A DNA stretch of 64,000 bases from an uncultured Candidatus Rokubacteria bacterium (GTDB lineage: Bacteria > Methylomirabilota > Methylomirabilia > Rokubacteriales > DASRDR01): positions 224,001-288,000 of the forward strand of contig CAWGVS010000005.1 in NCBI GenBank assembly GCA_963826115.1, written 5' to 3'. Every line of letters starts with the position of its first letter. The stretch's first letter is position 1. Both the position numbers and the translations under genes were made by a program. This document shows, piece by piece, positions 9,880 through 18,510 of the stretch. The notes under the pieces are model-generated. The model made no database searches and had not been told where the DNA came from. It saw nothing but the letters and a program-made list of their open reading frames with translations.

Positions 9880-10681
9880 CGCCGGCCCGCCGGTCGTGTA
9901 CGAGCCCGCGCCGGCGCCGCCGGCGCGCCCCGCGTGGTTCCTCGGTGGGCTGGCGCTCGCGGCGGTGCTCCTCCTGTGGGAGGCGGTGGCGCGCCTCGGC
10001 TGGGTGCCCGCCCTCTTCCTCCCGGCACCGACCGCCGTCCTGGCCGAGGCCGCGCGCATGGCGCGGAGCGGCGAGCTCGGCCGGCACGTCGCCTTCTCGC
10101 TCGCGAGGGTCGCGAGCGGCTTCGTCCTCGGGGCCGCCGTCGGGACGGGGCTCGGCGTCCTCCTCGGGTCGTCGCGCGTCCTCTGGGCGCTCGTGAACCC
10201 GCTGGTCGCCGCGACGTATCCCATCCCGAAGATCGCGCTCCTGCCCCTGATGATCCTCTGGCTCGGCATCGGCGAGACGCCGAAGGTCGTGATGATCGCC
10301 CTTGGCGTGTTCTTCCCGGTCGTCATCAACGCCTACGCGGGGGTCCGCGGCACCGACCCGCTCATGGTGAAGGCGGCCAAGAGCCTCGGCGCCGGCCCGT
10401 GGCAGATCGTCCTGAAGGTGGTCCTGCCGTCGGCTCTCCCGACGATCCTCGCGGGTTACCGCGTGGGCACCGGGATCGCGCTCCTGCTCGTCGTGTCGGC
10501 GGAGATGGTCAACGCGACGTCGGGCATCGGGTTCCTCATCCTCAACTCCGGAGATCTCATGCTCACCGGCAAGCTGATGGTGGGCCTCGCCGTCCTGTCG
10601 CTCCTCGGGGTCGCCAGCACGTCGGGCCTCCGGGCGCTCGAGGCGTGGCTCGCGCCGTGGAAGGAGGACGGGCGCGGCTGA
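9869..10681 (+). CDS. ABC transporter permease (TauC/SsuC type)
   Basis: YPIPKIALLPL; EAA-like AAKSLGA...VVLPSALP. Confidence 0.9.
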   Translation: MRPDAGPPVVYEPAPAPPARPAWFLGGLALAAVLLLWEAVARLGWVPALFLPAPTAVLAEAARMARSGELGRHVAFSLARVASGFVLGAAVGTGLGVLLGSSRVLWALVNPLVAATYPIPKIALLPLMILWLGIGETPKVVMIALGVFFPVVINAYAGVRGTDPLMVKAAKSLGAGPWQIVLKVVLPSALPTILAGYRVGTGIALLLVVSAEMVNATSGIGFLILNSGDLMLTGKLMVGLAVLSLLGVASTSGLRALEAWLAPWKEDGRG

Positions 10682-10795
10682 CCGGCCGGCGCCGCGGGTG
10701 CGCTCGTCGCCCTGTGCTAGTCTCCGATGGAGCGGCCCGTGGGACGACTCGGATCGTCCGCGGGGGAGCGAAGGCGGCCTTCGGAGGGACACGAC

Positions 10796-11239
10796 ATGAC
10801 GGGGATCCTGGTGCTTCACGGCCCCAACCTGAACCTGCTCGGCACCCGCGAGCCCGGCGTGTACGGGACGACGACGCTTGCCGAGGTGAACGCGGCAATT
10901 GCGGCCCACGCGGCGTCGCGCGGCGTCCGGGTGGAGTGCCGGCAGTCGAACCACGAGGGCGCGCTGATCGACGCGATCCAGGGGGCCGCCGGCCAGGGTT
11001 TCGCGGCCATCGTCATCAACCCCGGCGCCCTCACGCACTACTCGTACGCCCTCCGCGACGCCATCGCCGGCGTTTCCGTGCCGGTGGTCGAGGCGCACCT
11101 CTCGAACGTCCACGGCCGGGAGCCCTTCCGTCACCGGTCCGTCACGGCCGGAGCCTGCCGGGGCCAGATCGCGGGATTCGGCGTCCACAGCTACACCCTG
11201 GGGCTCGACGCGGCGCTGGCCTGTCTCCCCCGGGGCTGA
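10796..11239 (+). CDS. aroQ: Type II 3-dehydroquinate dehydratase
   Basis: [42 protein letters not shown]. Confidence 0.95.
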   Translation: MTGILVLHGPNLNLLGTREPGVYGTTTLAEVNAAIAAHAASRGVRVECRQSNHEGALIDAIQGAAGQGFAAIVINPGALTHYSYALRDAIAGVSVPVVEAHLSNVHGREPFRHRSVTAGACRGQIAGFGVHSYTLGLDAALACLPRG

Positions 11240-11343
11240 ATGCGCGGCCCGCTCCGGGAGTCTGACGAGGTGAGGGGGGCGCGGACTCGGCGGCCCCTGG
11301 TGATGGGGCGCCAGCCCACCCGGCGTCCCGCCGGGTCGGCCTC

Positions 11344-12567
11344 GTGACCGAGGACGACCGCGAGGCGGTCCGGCGGGTCCAGGCCGGCGACACCGAGGCC
11401 TTCGAGCCCCTGGTCGAGAAGTACAAGCGGAAGGTGTTCCGGCTGGCCTACCAGGTGCTCCGGGACCAGGAGGAGGCGCTCGATGTCGCCCAGGAGGCCT
11501 TCGTCAAGGCGTTCCGCGCCTTGCCGGCCTTCAAGGGCGACTCGGCGTTCTACACGTGGCTGTTCCGCATCACGATGAACGTCGCGCTCGACCGGAAGCG
11601 CCAGCGGACGAGCCGCGCGAAGTCGCTCGGGACCGAGGACGTGCCGCCGGAGGAGTGGGAGCGCACGGCGGCCTCGACCGACCCGGATCCCGAGGACGTG
11701 GCCATGAGCGCGGAGCGCCGTGAGCGCATCCGGAAGGGGCTCGATTCCTTGTCAGAGCATCACCGAACGATTATCATCCTCAGCGACATCGAGGGGCTTC
11801 AGTACCGCGAGATCGCGGAGGTGCTCGGCATCCCGATGGGGACCGTGATGTCCCGCCTGCACCACGCGCGGAAGCGCCTACGCGACGTCCTGGGCTCGGG
11901 TTTCGCGCTCGTCCTGGCGGCGCTCGGGCTCCTCGTGGCGACGGGGGTCGCCCGCGCCCAGATGCCCCCGCTCCCGCCGCCGGGAGTGCTCCCGCCGCCA
12001 GCGACGGCCCAGGGTGGCGCGCCTCCTCAGCAGGTCTGCGTCTACGCGCTTGTCGTCTACGCGTCGAACCCGCCGCCGGGGGTCGTGCGGCCTGGCGCGT
12101 TGCCCGGCGCGCCGCCGCCGGGAAGCGCGATCGCGCCCCCGCCCGGGGTGGCGCCCAGGCTCGGGTTCGCACCGACCCCGGACCTCGCGAACCCCGCTCC
12201 GCCGGGAGGGTCGCCACTGCCGCCCGAGCTCCAGAGCGGCTGCGGCCAGCCCGTCCGACTCCAGCTCTGGGTGCCGCGCTTCCATCAGGTGTTCCAGTAC
12301 TCGCACTACGAGCCGGTGAGCGCCTTCGAGACGCGCATGCCCGTCGGCATGGTGCAGCGCTTCGCGCTGCCCGGGGGGCGCGAGATGGAGATCCAGCCCC
12401 TCGGCGTGCGGCACCCGATCGTCAGGATCCTGGTGCGCATCAAACGCGGGGCGGTCGGCGAGCTGGCGACGGTCATGGACGTCCCGCCCCGGCGCCCTGC
12501 GATGATCGGCGGGCTCCCGCACGAGTCCGGCGTCCTGATCATCGCGATCCGTTCCCGCGAAGAGTAG
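11344..12567 (+). CDS. ECF sigma-70 factor with C-terminal TM/signal-like segment and Pro-rich extracytoplasmic extension
   Basis: Region 2 (DVAQEAFVKAF, FYTWLFRI) and region 4 (YREIAEVLGIPMGTVMSRLHHAR), then FALVLAALGLLVATGVARA-Q. Confidence 0.85.
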   Translation: MTEDDREAVRRVQAGDTEAFEPLVEKYKRKVFRLAYQVLRDQEEALDVAQEAFVKAFRALPAFKGDSAFYTWLFRITMNVALDRKRQRTSRAKSLGTEDVPPEEWERTAASTDPDPEDVAMSAERRERIRKGLDSLSEHHRTIIILSDIEGLQYREIAEVLGIPMGTVMSRLHHARKRLRDVLGSGFALVLAALGLLVATGVARAQMPPLPPPGVLPPPATAQGGAPPQQVCVYALVVYASNPPPGVVRPGALPGAPPPGSAIAPPPGVAPRLGFAPTPDLANPAPPGGSPLPPELQSGCGQPVRLQLWVPRFHQVFQYSHYEPVSAFETRMPVGMVQRFALPGGREMEIQPLGVRHPIVRILVRIKRGAVGELATVMDVPPRRPAMIGGLPHESGVLIIAIRSREE

Positions 12568-12611
12568 CGCCGCCCTCCGCGGCGCGGGCCGCGCCCGGCC
12601 CCCGTGCTACC

Positions 12612-14144
12612 ATGCCGGGCGTGAGCGAGCGGCGTCTCCGTGACGAGATCGCGCGCGTCCGGCAGGGCAACGTCAGGTACCGCGACAAGCTCCGCGCGGA
12701 AGGCAAGCTCTTCGTCCGCGACCGCCTGAACCTCCTCCTCGATCCTGGCACCGAGTTCCAGGAGGACTGGCTCCTCGCGCGGTCGGCGGAGCCCGAGACG
12801 CCCGCGGACGGCGTCGTCACCGGGGTGGGGACGGTGCTCGGCCGGCCGGTCTGCGTGATGGCCAACGACTTCACGGTGAAGGCCGGCTCCTGGGGCGAGA
12901 AGACGGTCCAGAAGATCGTTCGCATCCAGGAGAAGGCCGCGCGCCTCCGGATCCCGCTGGTGTATCTCGTCGACGCGGCGGGCGCGCGCATCTCCGAGCA
13001 GATCCGCATCTTCCCGGGGCGCCATCACGCCGGCCGCATCTTCTACAACGAGGTGCAGCTGTCGGGCGTCGTTCCTCAGGTCTGCGTCCTGTTCGGCCCG
13101 TCGCCCGCGGGCTCGGCCTATCTCCCGGCGCTGACGGACGTCGTGATCATGGTCGAGGGCAAGGCCTCGATGTACGTCGGCTCGCCGCGGATGGTCGAGA
13201 TGGCGATCGGCGAGAAGGTCGACCACGAGGCGCTGGGCGGCGCCCGGATGCACTGCGAGGAGTCGGGCTGCGGCGACGTCCTGGCGAGCTCCGACGAGGA
13301 CGCCATCGCGATCGCGCGCCGCTACCTCGGGTACATGCCGCAGAGCCACCGGGAGCGCGTCGCGGACGCCGCGCCCGCGGAGCCGGAGCCCGGCCGGCCC
13401 ATCGACGACATCGTGCCCTACGACCAGCGGAAGTACTTCGACGTGCTGGAGCTGATCCGCGGCCTCGTGGACGCGGGCTCGTTGCTCGAGATCAAGGCGC
13501 TCTTCGCGCGCGAGGTGGTGACGGGCTTCGCCCGCCTGGGCGGGCGCGCGGTCGGGATCGTCGCCAACCAGCCAAAGGTCAAGGGCGGCGTCCTCTTCGT
13601 CGACTCCTCCGACAAGGCGGCGCGGTTCATCTGGCTGTGCAACGCGTACAACCTGCCGATCGTGTACCTGGCCGACGTCTCGGGCTTCATGGTCGGCTCG
13701 AAGGTCGAGCGGGCGGGGATCATCCGCCACGGCGCCAAGATGATCTTCGCGACCTCGCAGGCCAGCGTGCCGAAGATCTGCGTCGTGGTGCGCAAGTGCT
13801 ACGGAGCCGGCCTCTACGCGATGTGCGGCCAGGCCTTCGAGCCCGAGGCCGTGCTGGCGCTGCCCCAGGCGCAGATCGCGATCATGGGCGCCGAGCCCGC
13901 GGTGAACGCGGTCTACTACAATCGCATCATGGAGCTCGAGGGCGAGGCGCGCACAGCGTTCGTCCGGGAGCGCCGGGAGGAGTTCCAGAAGGACATCGAC
14001 GTCTTCCGGCTCGCCTCGGAGATGCTGGTGGACGCCGTGGTTCCCCCGTCCGAGCTCCGCGCCGAGCTGATCCGGCGCCTCGGCTACGCCGTCAGCAAGC
14101 AGCAGCGCTTCCCGCCTCGGCGGAACGGCGTCTATCCCGTCTGA
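12612..14144 (+). CDS. Acyl-CoA carboxylase carboxyltransferase subunit
   Basis: DGVVTG, ANDFTVKAGSWG, GGARMHC, ANQP, RKCYGAG motifs. Confidence 0.92.
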   Translation: MPGVSERRLRDEIARVRQGNVRYRDKLRAEGKLFVRDRLNLLLDPGTEFQEDWLLARSAEPETPADGVVTGVGTVLGRPVCVMANDFTVKAGSWGEKTVQKIVRIQEKAARLRIPLVYLVDAAGARISEQIRIFPGRHHAGRIFYNEVQLSGVVPQVCVLFGPSPAGSAYLPALTDVVIMVEGKASMYVGSPRMVEMAIGEKVDHEALGGARMHCEESGCGDVLASSDEDAIAIARRYLGYMPQSHRERVADAAPAEPEPGRPIDDIVPYDQRKYFDVLELIRGLVDAGSLLEIKALFAREVVTGFARLGGRAVGIVANQPKVKGGVLFVDSSDKAARFIWLCNAYNLPIVYLADVSGFMVGSKVERAGIIRHGAKMIFATSQASVPKICVVVRKCYGAGLYAMCGQAFEPEAVLALPQAQIAIMGAEPAVNAVYYNRIMELEGEARTAFVRERREEFQKDIDVFRLASEMLVDAVVPPSELRAELIRRLGYAVSKQQRFPPRRNGVYPV

Positions 14145-14209
14145 CGGCGCATGAGCGACCGGGCGGTTCCCGGAGCCTCCCGATCGCGGTCGCCCCGCGC
14201 GCCTCGCCG

Positions 14210-14962
14210 ATGAACCCGCTGGGCGGCGCGCTGGTCGCGTTCCGCTACCTCACCGTCCTGCCGCTCCCGAAGAGCCGCGCGCCGGGCGACCTCGGCCGCG
14301 CGGCGGGCTGGTTTCCCGTCGTCGGCCTCGGCGTCGGCGTGTGCCTCGCGCTCGGCTCGCTCGCGGCGGACCGCCTGGTGCCGCCGGGCGTCGGGGCCAT
14401 GCTTCTGATCGCGCTCTGGGCGGGGCTGACGGGCGGCCTTCACCTCGACGGGCTCGCCGATACGTTCGACGGCCTCGGCGGCGGCTGGTCGCGCGAGCGC
14501 GCCCTCGCGATCATGCGGGACGCGCGGAGCGGGCCCTTCGGCGTCATCGCGATCGCCCTCGTGGTGGGCTTGAAGGCGACGACGCTCGCGAGCCTCCCGG
14601 AGGGCCTCGCCTGGAAGGCACTCGTGCTCGCGCCGGTCGTCGGGCGGGCCGGGCCGCTCCTGCTCGTGCGGCTCTGTCGACCCGCGCGCCCCGACGGCGC
14701 GGGGCACGCGCTCGCGGCCGGTGTCCGGTGGCCGTCGCTCCTCGCAGGCGGGCTCTTCGCCCTCCTGGCGTCGATCGGGATCCTCGGATGGTGGGGCGCG
14801 CTCGCGCTCGTCGGCGCGAGCCTCTTCGCGTGGGCCTGGGCCGCGTACCTCCGGCGGCGGCTTGGCGGATTCACGGGGGACACGCTCGGCGCGCTCGTCG
14901 AGGTCACCGAGGCCTTCGTGCTGACGCTCGCCGTGAGCGTCGATTTCCTGGAGCTCGCCTGA
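14210..14962 (+). CDS. cobS: Adenosylcobinamide-GDP ribazoletransferase (cobalamin synthase)
   Basis: TGGLHLDGLADTFDG, IMRDARSGPFG, GGFTGDTLGA. Confidence 0.93.
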   Translation: MNPLGGALVAFRYLTVLPLPKSRAPGDLGRAAGWFPVVGLGVGVCLALGSLAADRLVPPGVGAMLLIALWAGLTGGLHLDGLADTFDGLGGGWSRERALAIMRDARSGPFGVIAIALVVGLKATTLASLPEGLAWKALVLAPVVGRAGPLLLVRLCRPARPDGAGHALAAGVRWPSLLAGGLFALLASIGILGWWGALALVGASLFAWAWAAYLRRRLGGFTGDTLGALVEVTEAFVLTLAVSVDFLELA

Positions 14963-15618
14963 TGGCCTCGACCTGGGTCTACCTGGCTCGCCACGGCGAG
15001 GTGCTCCACGCCGCGGAGGGCCGCTTCTTCGGCCACACGGACATCGCGCTCTCGCCGGCGGGGCAGACCCAGGCCGCGGCGCTCGGGCGCCGTCTCGGGG
15101 CGGAGCCGATCGACGCGGTCTACGCGAGCGACCTCACGCGCGCGCGGGAGTCCGCCGCGCCGCTGGCCGCGGCCCGCGGCACGGACGTGGTTCCGGTGGC
15201 GCCACTCCGCGAGATGGCGATGGGGCGCTGGGAGGGGCTCACGTTCGCCGAGATCCACGCACGTGAGCCCGAGCTGTGCGCCCGGTGGCTCGCCGATCCG
15301 TTCGCGATGCCGTTTCCGGAAGGGGAGGGCGTGGCCGATCTCCACGCCCGCGCCGTGCCGGCCCTGCGGGACGTCGTGAGCCGGCACGCCGGCCACCGGA
15401 TCGCCGTGGTCGGACACGGCGGGACGAATCGCGTCATCCTCGCCGACGCCCTCGGGCTGCCGCTCCAGAACATCTTCCGCCTCGGCCAGGACTACGCTGC
15501 CTGGAGCCTGATCGAGTACCGCGACGGCGGGGCGGTCGTGCACGCCCTGAACCAGCGACTGCCCGACGCGCCGGGGGCGCCCCCGGTCGAGTCGACCCTT
15601 TCGCGGCGGGGCGCCTGA
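14962..15618 (+). CDS. cobC: Histidine phosphatase, probable alpha-ribazole phosphatase
   Basis: RHGE, SDLTRA, GHGG motifs; translationally coupled to cobS. Confidence 0.75.
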   Translation: MASTWVYLARHGEVLHAAEGRFFGHTDIALSPAGQTQAAALGRRLGAEPIDAVYASDLTRARESAAPLAAARGTDVVPVAPLREMAMGRWEGLTFAEIHAREPELCARWLADPFAMPFPEGEGVADLHARAVPALRDVVSRHAGHRIAVVGHGGTNRVILADALGLPLQNIFRLGQDYAAWSLIEYRDGGAVVHALNQRLPDAPGAPPVESTLSRRGA

Positions 15619-15986
15619 TGACCGAGGCGATGCGCGTCGACAAGTGGCTGTGGGCCGCGCGCTTCTACAAGACCCGGAGCCTCGCGCAGACCGCGTGCGA
15701 CGGAGGCAAGGTCGACGTCAACGGCCAGGCCGCCAAGCCGTCCCGGACGATCCGCGCCGGGGACCGGATCCACCTCACGCTGGGCGAGTGGCGGCGCGAG
15801 CTGGTGGTGAAGGCCCTGTCGGAGCAGCGCGGCCCCGCCACGCAGGCCCGAACGCTCTACGACGACCTCTCGCCGCCCCCGCCGCCCCGGCCACTTCGCC
15901 CGCCCAAGGCCGTCGTCCGCGCGCCCGGCCTCGGCCGGCCGACCAAGCGCGAGCGGCGGCTCCACGACCGCATCCGCGGCTCCTGA
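15618..15986 (+). CDS. hslR: S4-domain ribosome-associated heat shock protein Hsp15
   Basis: MRVDKWLWAARFYKTRSLA ... GRPTKRERR. Confidence 0.92.
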   Translation: MTEAMRVDKWLWAARFYKTRSLAQTACDGGKVDVNGQAAKPSRTIRAGDRIHLTLGEWRRELVVKALSEQRGPATQARTLYDDLSPPPPPRPLRPPKAVVRAPGLGRPTKRERRLHDRIRGS

Positions 15987-16081
15987 GCGGGGCTCCGGTT
16001 GGCGGATGCGGCCCGGGCCCCGGTCTGGTACCGTGGGAAACCGGTGATCGACGCTGACACCCTTTCGGAGAGGAGCTCGTG

Positions 16082-17323
16082 ATGGCCCCCGACGCGCGGC
16101 ACGACGGCACGACGGCGGAGTTGACGAAGTTCGCCTGGGGTCCGGACCGCTTCAACCCGCGCGTCCGCGCGACCTCCCCGATGCCGAGGGCCGGCGCGGC
16201 GCCGCCCGACGTCATCTCACTGGCGTACGGGATGCCCGACCCGGCCCTGTTCCCGACGGCCGGCCTCGCCGCCGCCGCCCAGGAGGCGCTGGGCGACCCG
16301 GCCCGCTACGCGGTGGCGCTCCAGTACGGGAACGTCGGCGGCAACCCGCTTCTCCTCGCCGAGCTCGGCAAGAAGCTCGAGGGGGAGGAGGGGCGGCCGG
16401 TGCCGCCGGGCGGCCTCATCATGACGAACGGCTCCTCCCAGGCGATCGCGCTCGTCGTGCAGGCCCTGGCGGCCCCCGGTGACGCGTGCCTCTGCGAGGC
16501 GCCGACCTTCCTCGGGACCATCCACCACATCCGGTTCCAGGGCGTGCGAACCGTGCCCGTCTCGCTCGACGACGACGGGATCGACGTCGAAGGGACGGAG
16601 CGCGAGATTCGCCGGCTCGAGGCGGCCGGCACGCCGGCCCGCTTCATCTACACGATCCCCACGTTCAACAATCCCGCCGGGACGACGATGACGCTCGATC
16701 GGCGTCGCGCCTTGCTCGATCTCGCGGCGCGCCACGGCGTGCCCATCATCGAGGACGACGCATACCGCGACCTCCGCTTCGAGGGCGATCCCGTCCCGAC
16801 GCTCCACGCGCTGGACCGCGAGGGCCTCGTGATCCGGCTGGGCACCTTCTCGAAGATCGTCGCCCCCGGCGTGCGCTTGGGCTTCGTCCTCGCCGACCCG
16901 GCGGTGATCGAGCGGGTGCTGGCATTCAAGGCCGAGGGGAGCACGAACGGCTTCGCGTCGATGGTGGTCGGGACGTTCATGAAGACGGGCGGGCTCGCCG
17001 CGCACATCCAGACGCTGCGCTCGGCCTATCGGGAGCGGCGCGACGCCATGTACGAGGCGCTCGCCCGCGAGATGCCGGCGGGCGTCACGTGGACCCGCAC
17101 CGAGGGCGGGTTCTTCCTCTGGCTGACGATCCCGTCCCGGGCGGACATGACGAAGTTCAGCGCCCGCGCCGCCGAGGAGCGCGTCGTCGCGCTGGCGGGG
17201 ACCGAGTGCTTCCCCGACGGACGCGGAGCGCACAACCTCAGGCTGGCCTTCAGCCTTCAGCCGACGGACCGGATCGCCGAGGGCATCCGGCGGCTCGGAC
17301 GGGCCATTCGCGCCGGACTCTGA
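16082..17323 (+). CDS. PLP-dependent aminotransferase (class I, LysN-like)
   Basis: YTIPTFNNPAG, IIEDDAY, GTFSKIVAPGVRLG. Confidence 0.9.
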   Translation: MAPDARHDGTTAELTKFAWGPDRFNPRVRATSPMPRAGAAPPDVISLAYGMPDPALFPTAGLAAAAQEALGDPARYAVALQYGNVGGNPLLLAELGKKLEGEEGRPVPPGGLIMTNGSSQAIALVVQALAAPGDACLCEAPTFLGTIHHIRFQGVRTVPVSLDDDGIDVEGTEREIRRLEAAGTPARFIYTIPTFNNPAGTTMTLDRRRALLDLAARHGVPIIEDDAYRDLRFEGDPVPTLHALDREGLVIRLGTFSKIVAPGVRLGFVLADPAVIERVLAFKAEGSTNGFASMVVGTFMKTGGLAAHIQTLRSAYRERRDAMYEALAREMPAGVTWTRTEGGFFLWLTIPSRADMTKFSARAAEERVVALAGTECFPDGRGAHNLRLAFSLQPTDRIAEGIRRLGRAIRAGL

Positions 17324-17333
17324 GCCCGCAAGT

Positions 17334-17363
17334 TTGACGCGCGCCGACGCGCGATGCTACGGT
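17334..17363 (+). promoter_or_regulatory. Putative sigma70 promoter of the precursor-peptide array
   Basis: TTGACG (17334-17339), 18 bp spacer, extended -10 TG-C-TACGGT. Confidence 0.4.
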
Positions 17364-17406
17364 TCCGAGGGTGATGACGCGCCGGCCGGGGCGCGAGGGA
17401 GCGACG

Positions 17407-17547
17407 ATGGACGGGCGGGACGGTGACAGCCTGGCTGAGCGTCTGCCGGAGTACGAGCCGCCGCGCGTGGAGCGGGTGCTGACGCCGGCGGAGATCGAGC
17501 GGGAATTCCGGTACGCCGGCGAGCCCGACGGCACTCCGGGCTTGTGA
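17407..17547 (+). CDS. Putative RiPP precursor peptide A1 (46 aa)
   Basis: MDGRDGDSLAERLPEYEPPRVERVLTPAEIEREFRYAGEPDGTPGL*; RBS GAGGGAG upstream. Confidence 0.8.
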   Translation: MDGRDGDSLAERLPEYEPPRVERVLTPAEIEREFRYAGEPDGTPGL

Positions 17548-17681
17548 TGACGGATCGGGAGCGACCAGCGGAGGACGCGCCGAGCTATGAGCCGCCGCGC
17601 GTGGAGCGGGTGCTGACACCTGCCGAGATCGAGCGAGAGTTCCGGTACGCTGGCGGGGCCGACGGCACGGGGCCTGCGTAG
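17547..17681 (+). CDS. Putative RiPP precursor peptide A2 (44 aa)
   Basis: MTDRERPAEDAPSYEPPRVERVLTPAEIEREFRYAGGADGTGPA*; TGATG coupling to A1. Confidence 0.8.
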   Translation: MTDRERPAEDAPSYEPPRVERVLTPAEIEREFRYAGGADGTGPA

Positions 17682-17702
17682 ACAGCGGGGAGCGAACTGC
17701 GA

Positions 17703-17834
17703 ATGAGCGAAGACGAGGGGCGATTGACGGACGGACCGGGCTACGAGCCGCCGAGAATCGAGCGCGTGGTCACTTCAGCCGACCTCGATCGCGAAGTGCT
17801 GTACGCCGGCCCGGCGACCTCGGACCCGATATAG
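17703..17834 (+). CDS. Putative RiPP precursor peptide A3 (43 aa)
   Basis: MSEDEGRLTDGPGYEPPRIERVVTSADLDREVLYAGPATSDPI*; RBS GGGGAG. Confidence 0.78.
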   Translation: MSEDEGRLTDGPGYEPPRIERVVTSADLDREVLYAGPATSDPI

Positions 17835-17878
17835 CCGCCAGAGCAGCGCGCGATCTGCGGAGCATGGAAGCCGTGCGG

Positions 17879-18022
17879 ATGGGCGAACCAGACGGGGGTG
17901 GGGCGGACGCGACGCGCTACGAGCTCCCGCGGGTGGAGCGGCTCTTGACACCGGCGGACATCGAGCGCGAGTTCCTCTACGCCGGCCGCTTCGACGGTAG
18001 CCCGGTCTCGTCGGATTCCTGA
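17879..18022 (+). CDS. Putative RiPP precursor peptide A4 (47 aa; alternative ATG at 17864)
   Basis: MGEPDGGGADATRYELPRVERLLTPADIEREFLYAGRFDGSPVSSDS*. Confidence 0.78.
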   Translation: MGEPDGGGADATRYELPRVERLLTPADIEREFLYAGRFDGSPVSSDS

Positions 18023-18042
18023 CGGACGATTCGCGGGGAGGG

Positions 18043-18183
18043 ATGACGGATCGAGACCGACTGGACCATTGGTCGGCCCGCGAGCTCCCGCGAGCGGAGC
18101 GGCTGCGGACGCCGGCGGAGATCGGGCGCGACCTCCTGCATGCCAGCGACGTCGACATCATCACGGGCGCGACCGACGGATAG
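18043..18183 (+). CDS. Divergent precursor-like peptide A5 (46 aa)
   Basis: MTDRDRLDHWSARELPRAERLRTPAEIGRDLLHASDVDIITGATDG*; RBS GGGGAGG. Confidence 0.6.
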   Translation: MTDRDRLDHWSARELPRAERLRTPAEIGRDLLHASDVDIITGATDG

Positions 18184-18219
18184 CTGGGGCGCCACCGTCA
18201 TCCCTCTCGACGGCCTGCC

Positions 18220-18510
18220 ATGACCGGCCGCGGGGCCCCGGAACGCGCGTACGCGCGATCCGGGCAGGTCGAGGCATCGGTCGTCGGCGACCGAGTGGTG
18301 CTCTACCACCGGACGTCGCGCAGCGCGCTGGTCCTGAACCCCACGGGGAGCCGCCTCTGGGAGCGTCTCGCGACACCTGCCAGCCTGCCCGAGCTGATCG
18401 CGACGCTCCGCGAGCGGTTTCCGGCGCTGAGCGTCGAGGATGCGCGTCGGGACGTGGCCGCGTTCCTCGACGAGCTCACCCAACACGGGGCCATCGCCCC
18501 GCCGCCGTGA
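18220..18510 (+). CDS. PqqD-family RiPP recognition element (stand-alone RRE)
   Basis: 96 aa; VGDRVVLY...LVLNPTGSRLWERL...ELIATLRERF...DVAAFLDELTQHGAI matches the PqqD pattern. Confidence 0.88.
   Translation: MTGRGAPERAYARSGQVEASVVGDRVVLYHRTSRSALVLNPTGSRLWERLATPASLPELIATLRERFPALSVEDARRDVAAFLDELTQHGAIAPPP

Larger units (their letters stand above)
17407..18183 (+). repeat. Five tandem ~140-175 bp imperfect repeats, each encoding a short peptide
   Basis: Recurrent TAYGAGCCGCCGCGCGTGGAGCGGGTGCTGACRCC...GAGATCGAGCG...TACGCYGGC block. Confidence 0.9.

Noticed and set aside
17407-18183. CRISPR array or non-coding tandem repeat
   Set aside because: The units are long and imperfect, vary mainly at synonymous positions, each form an ORF with start and stop, and there are no cas genes.
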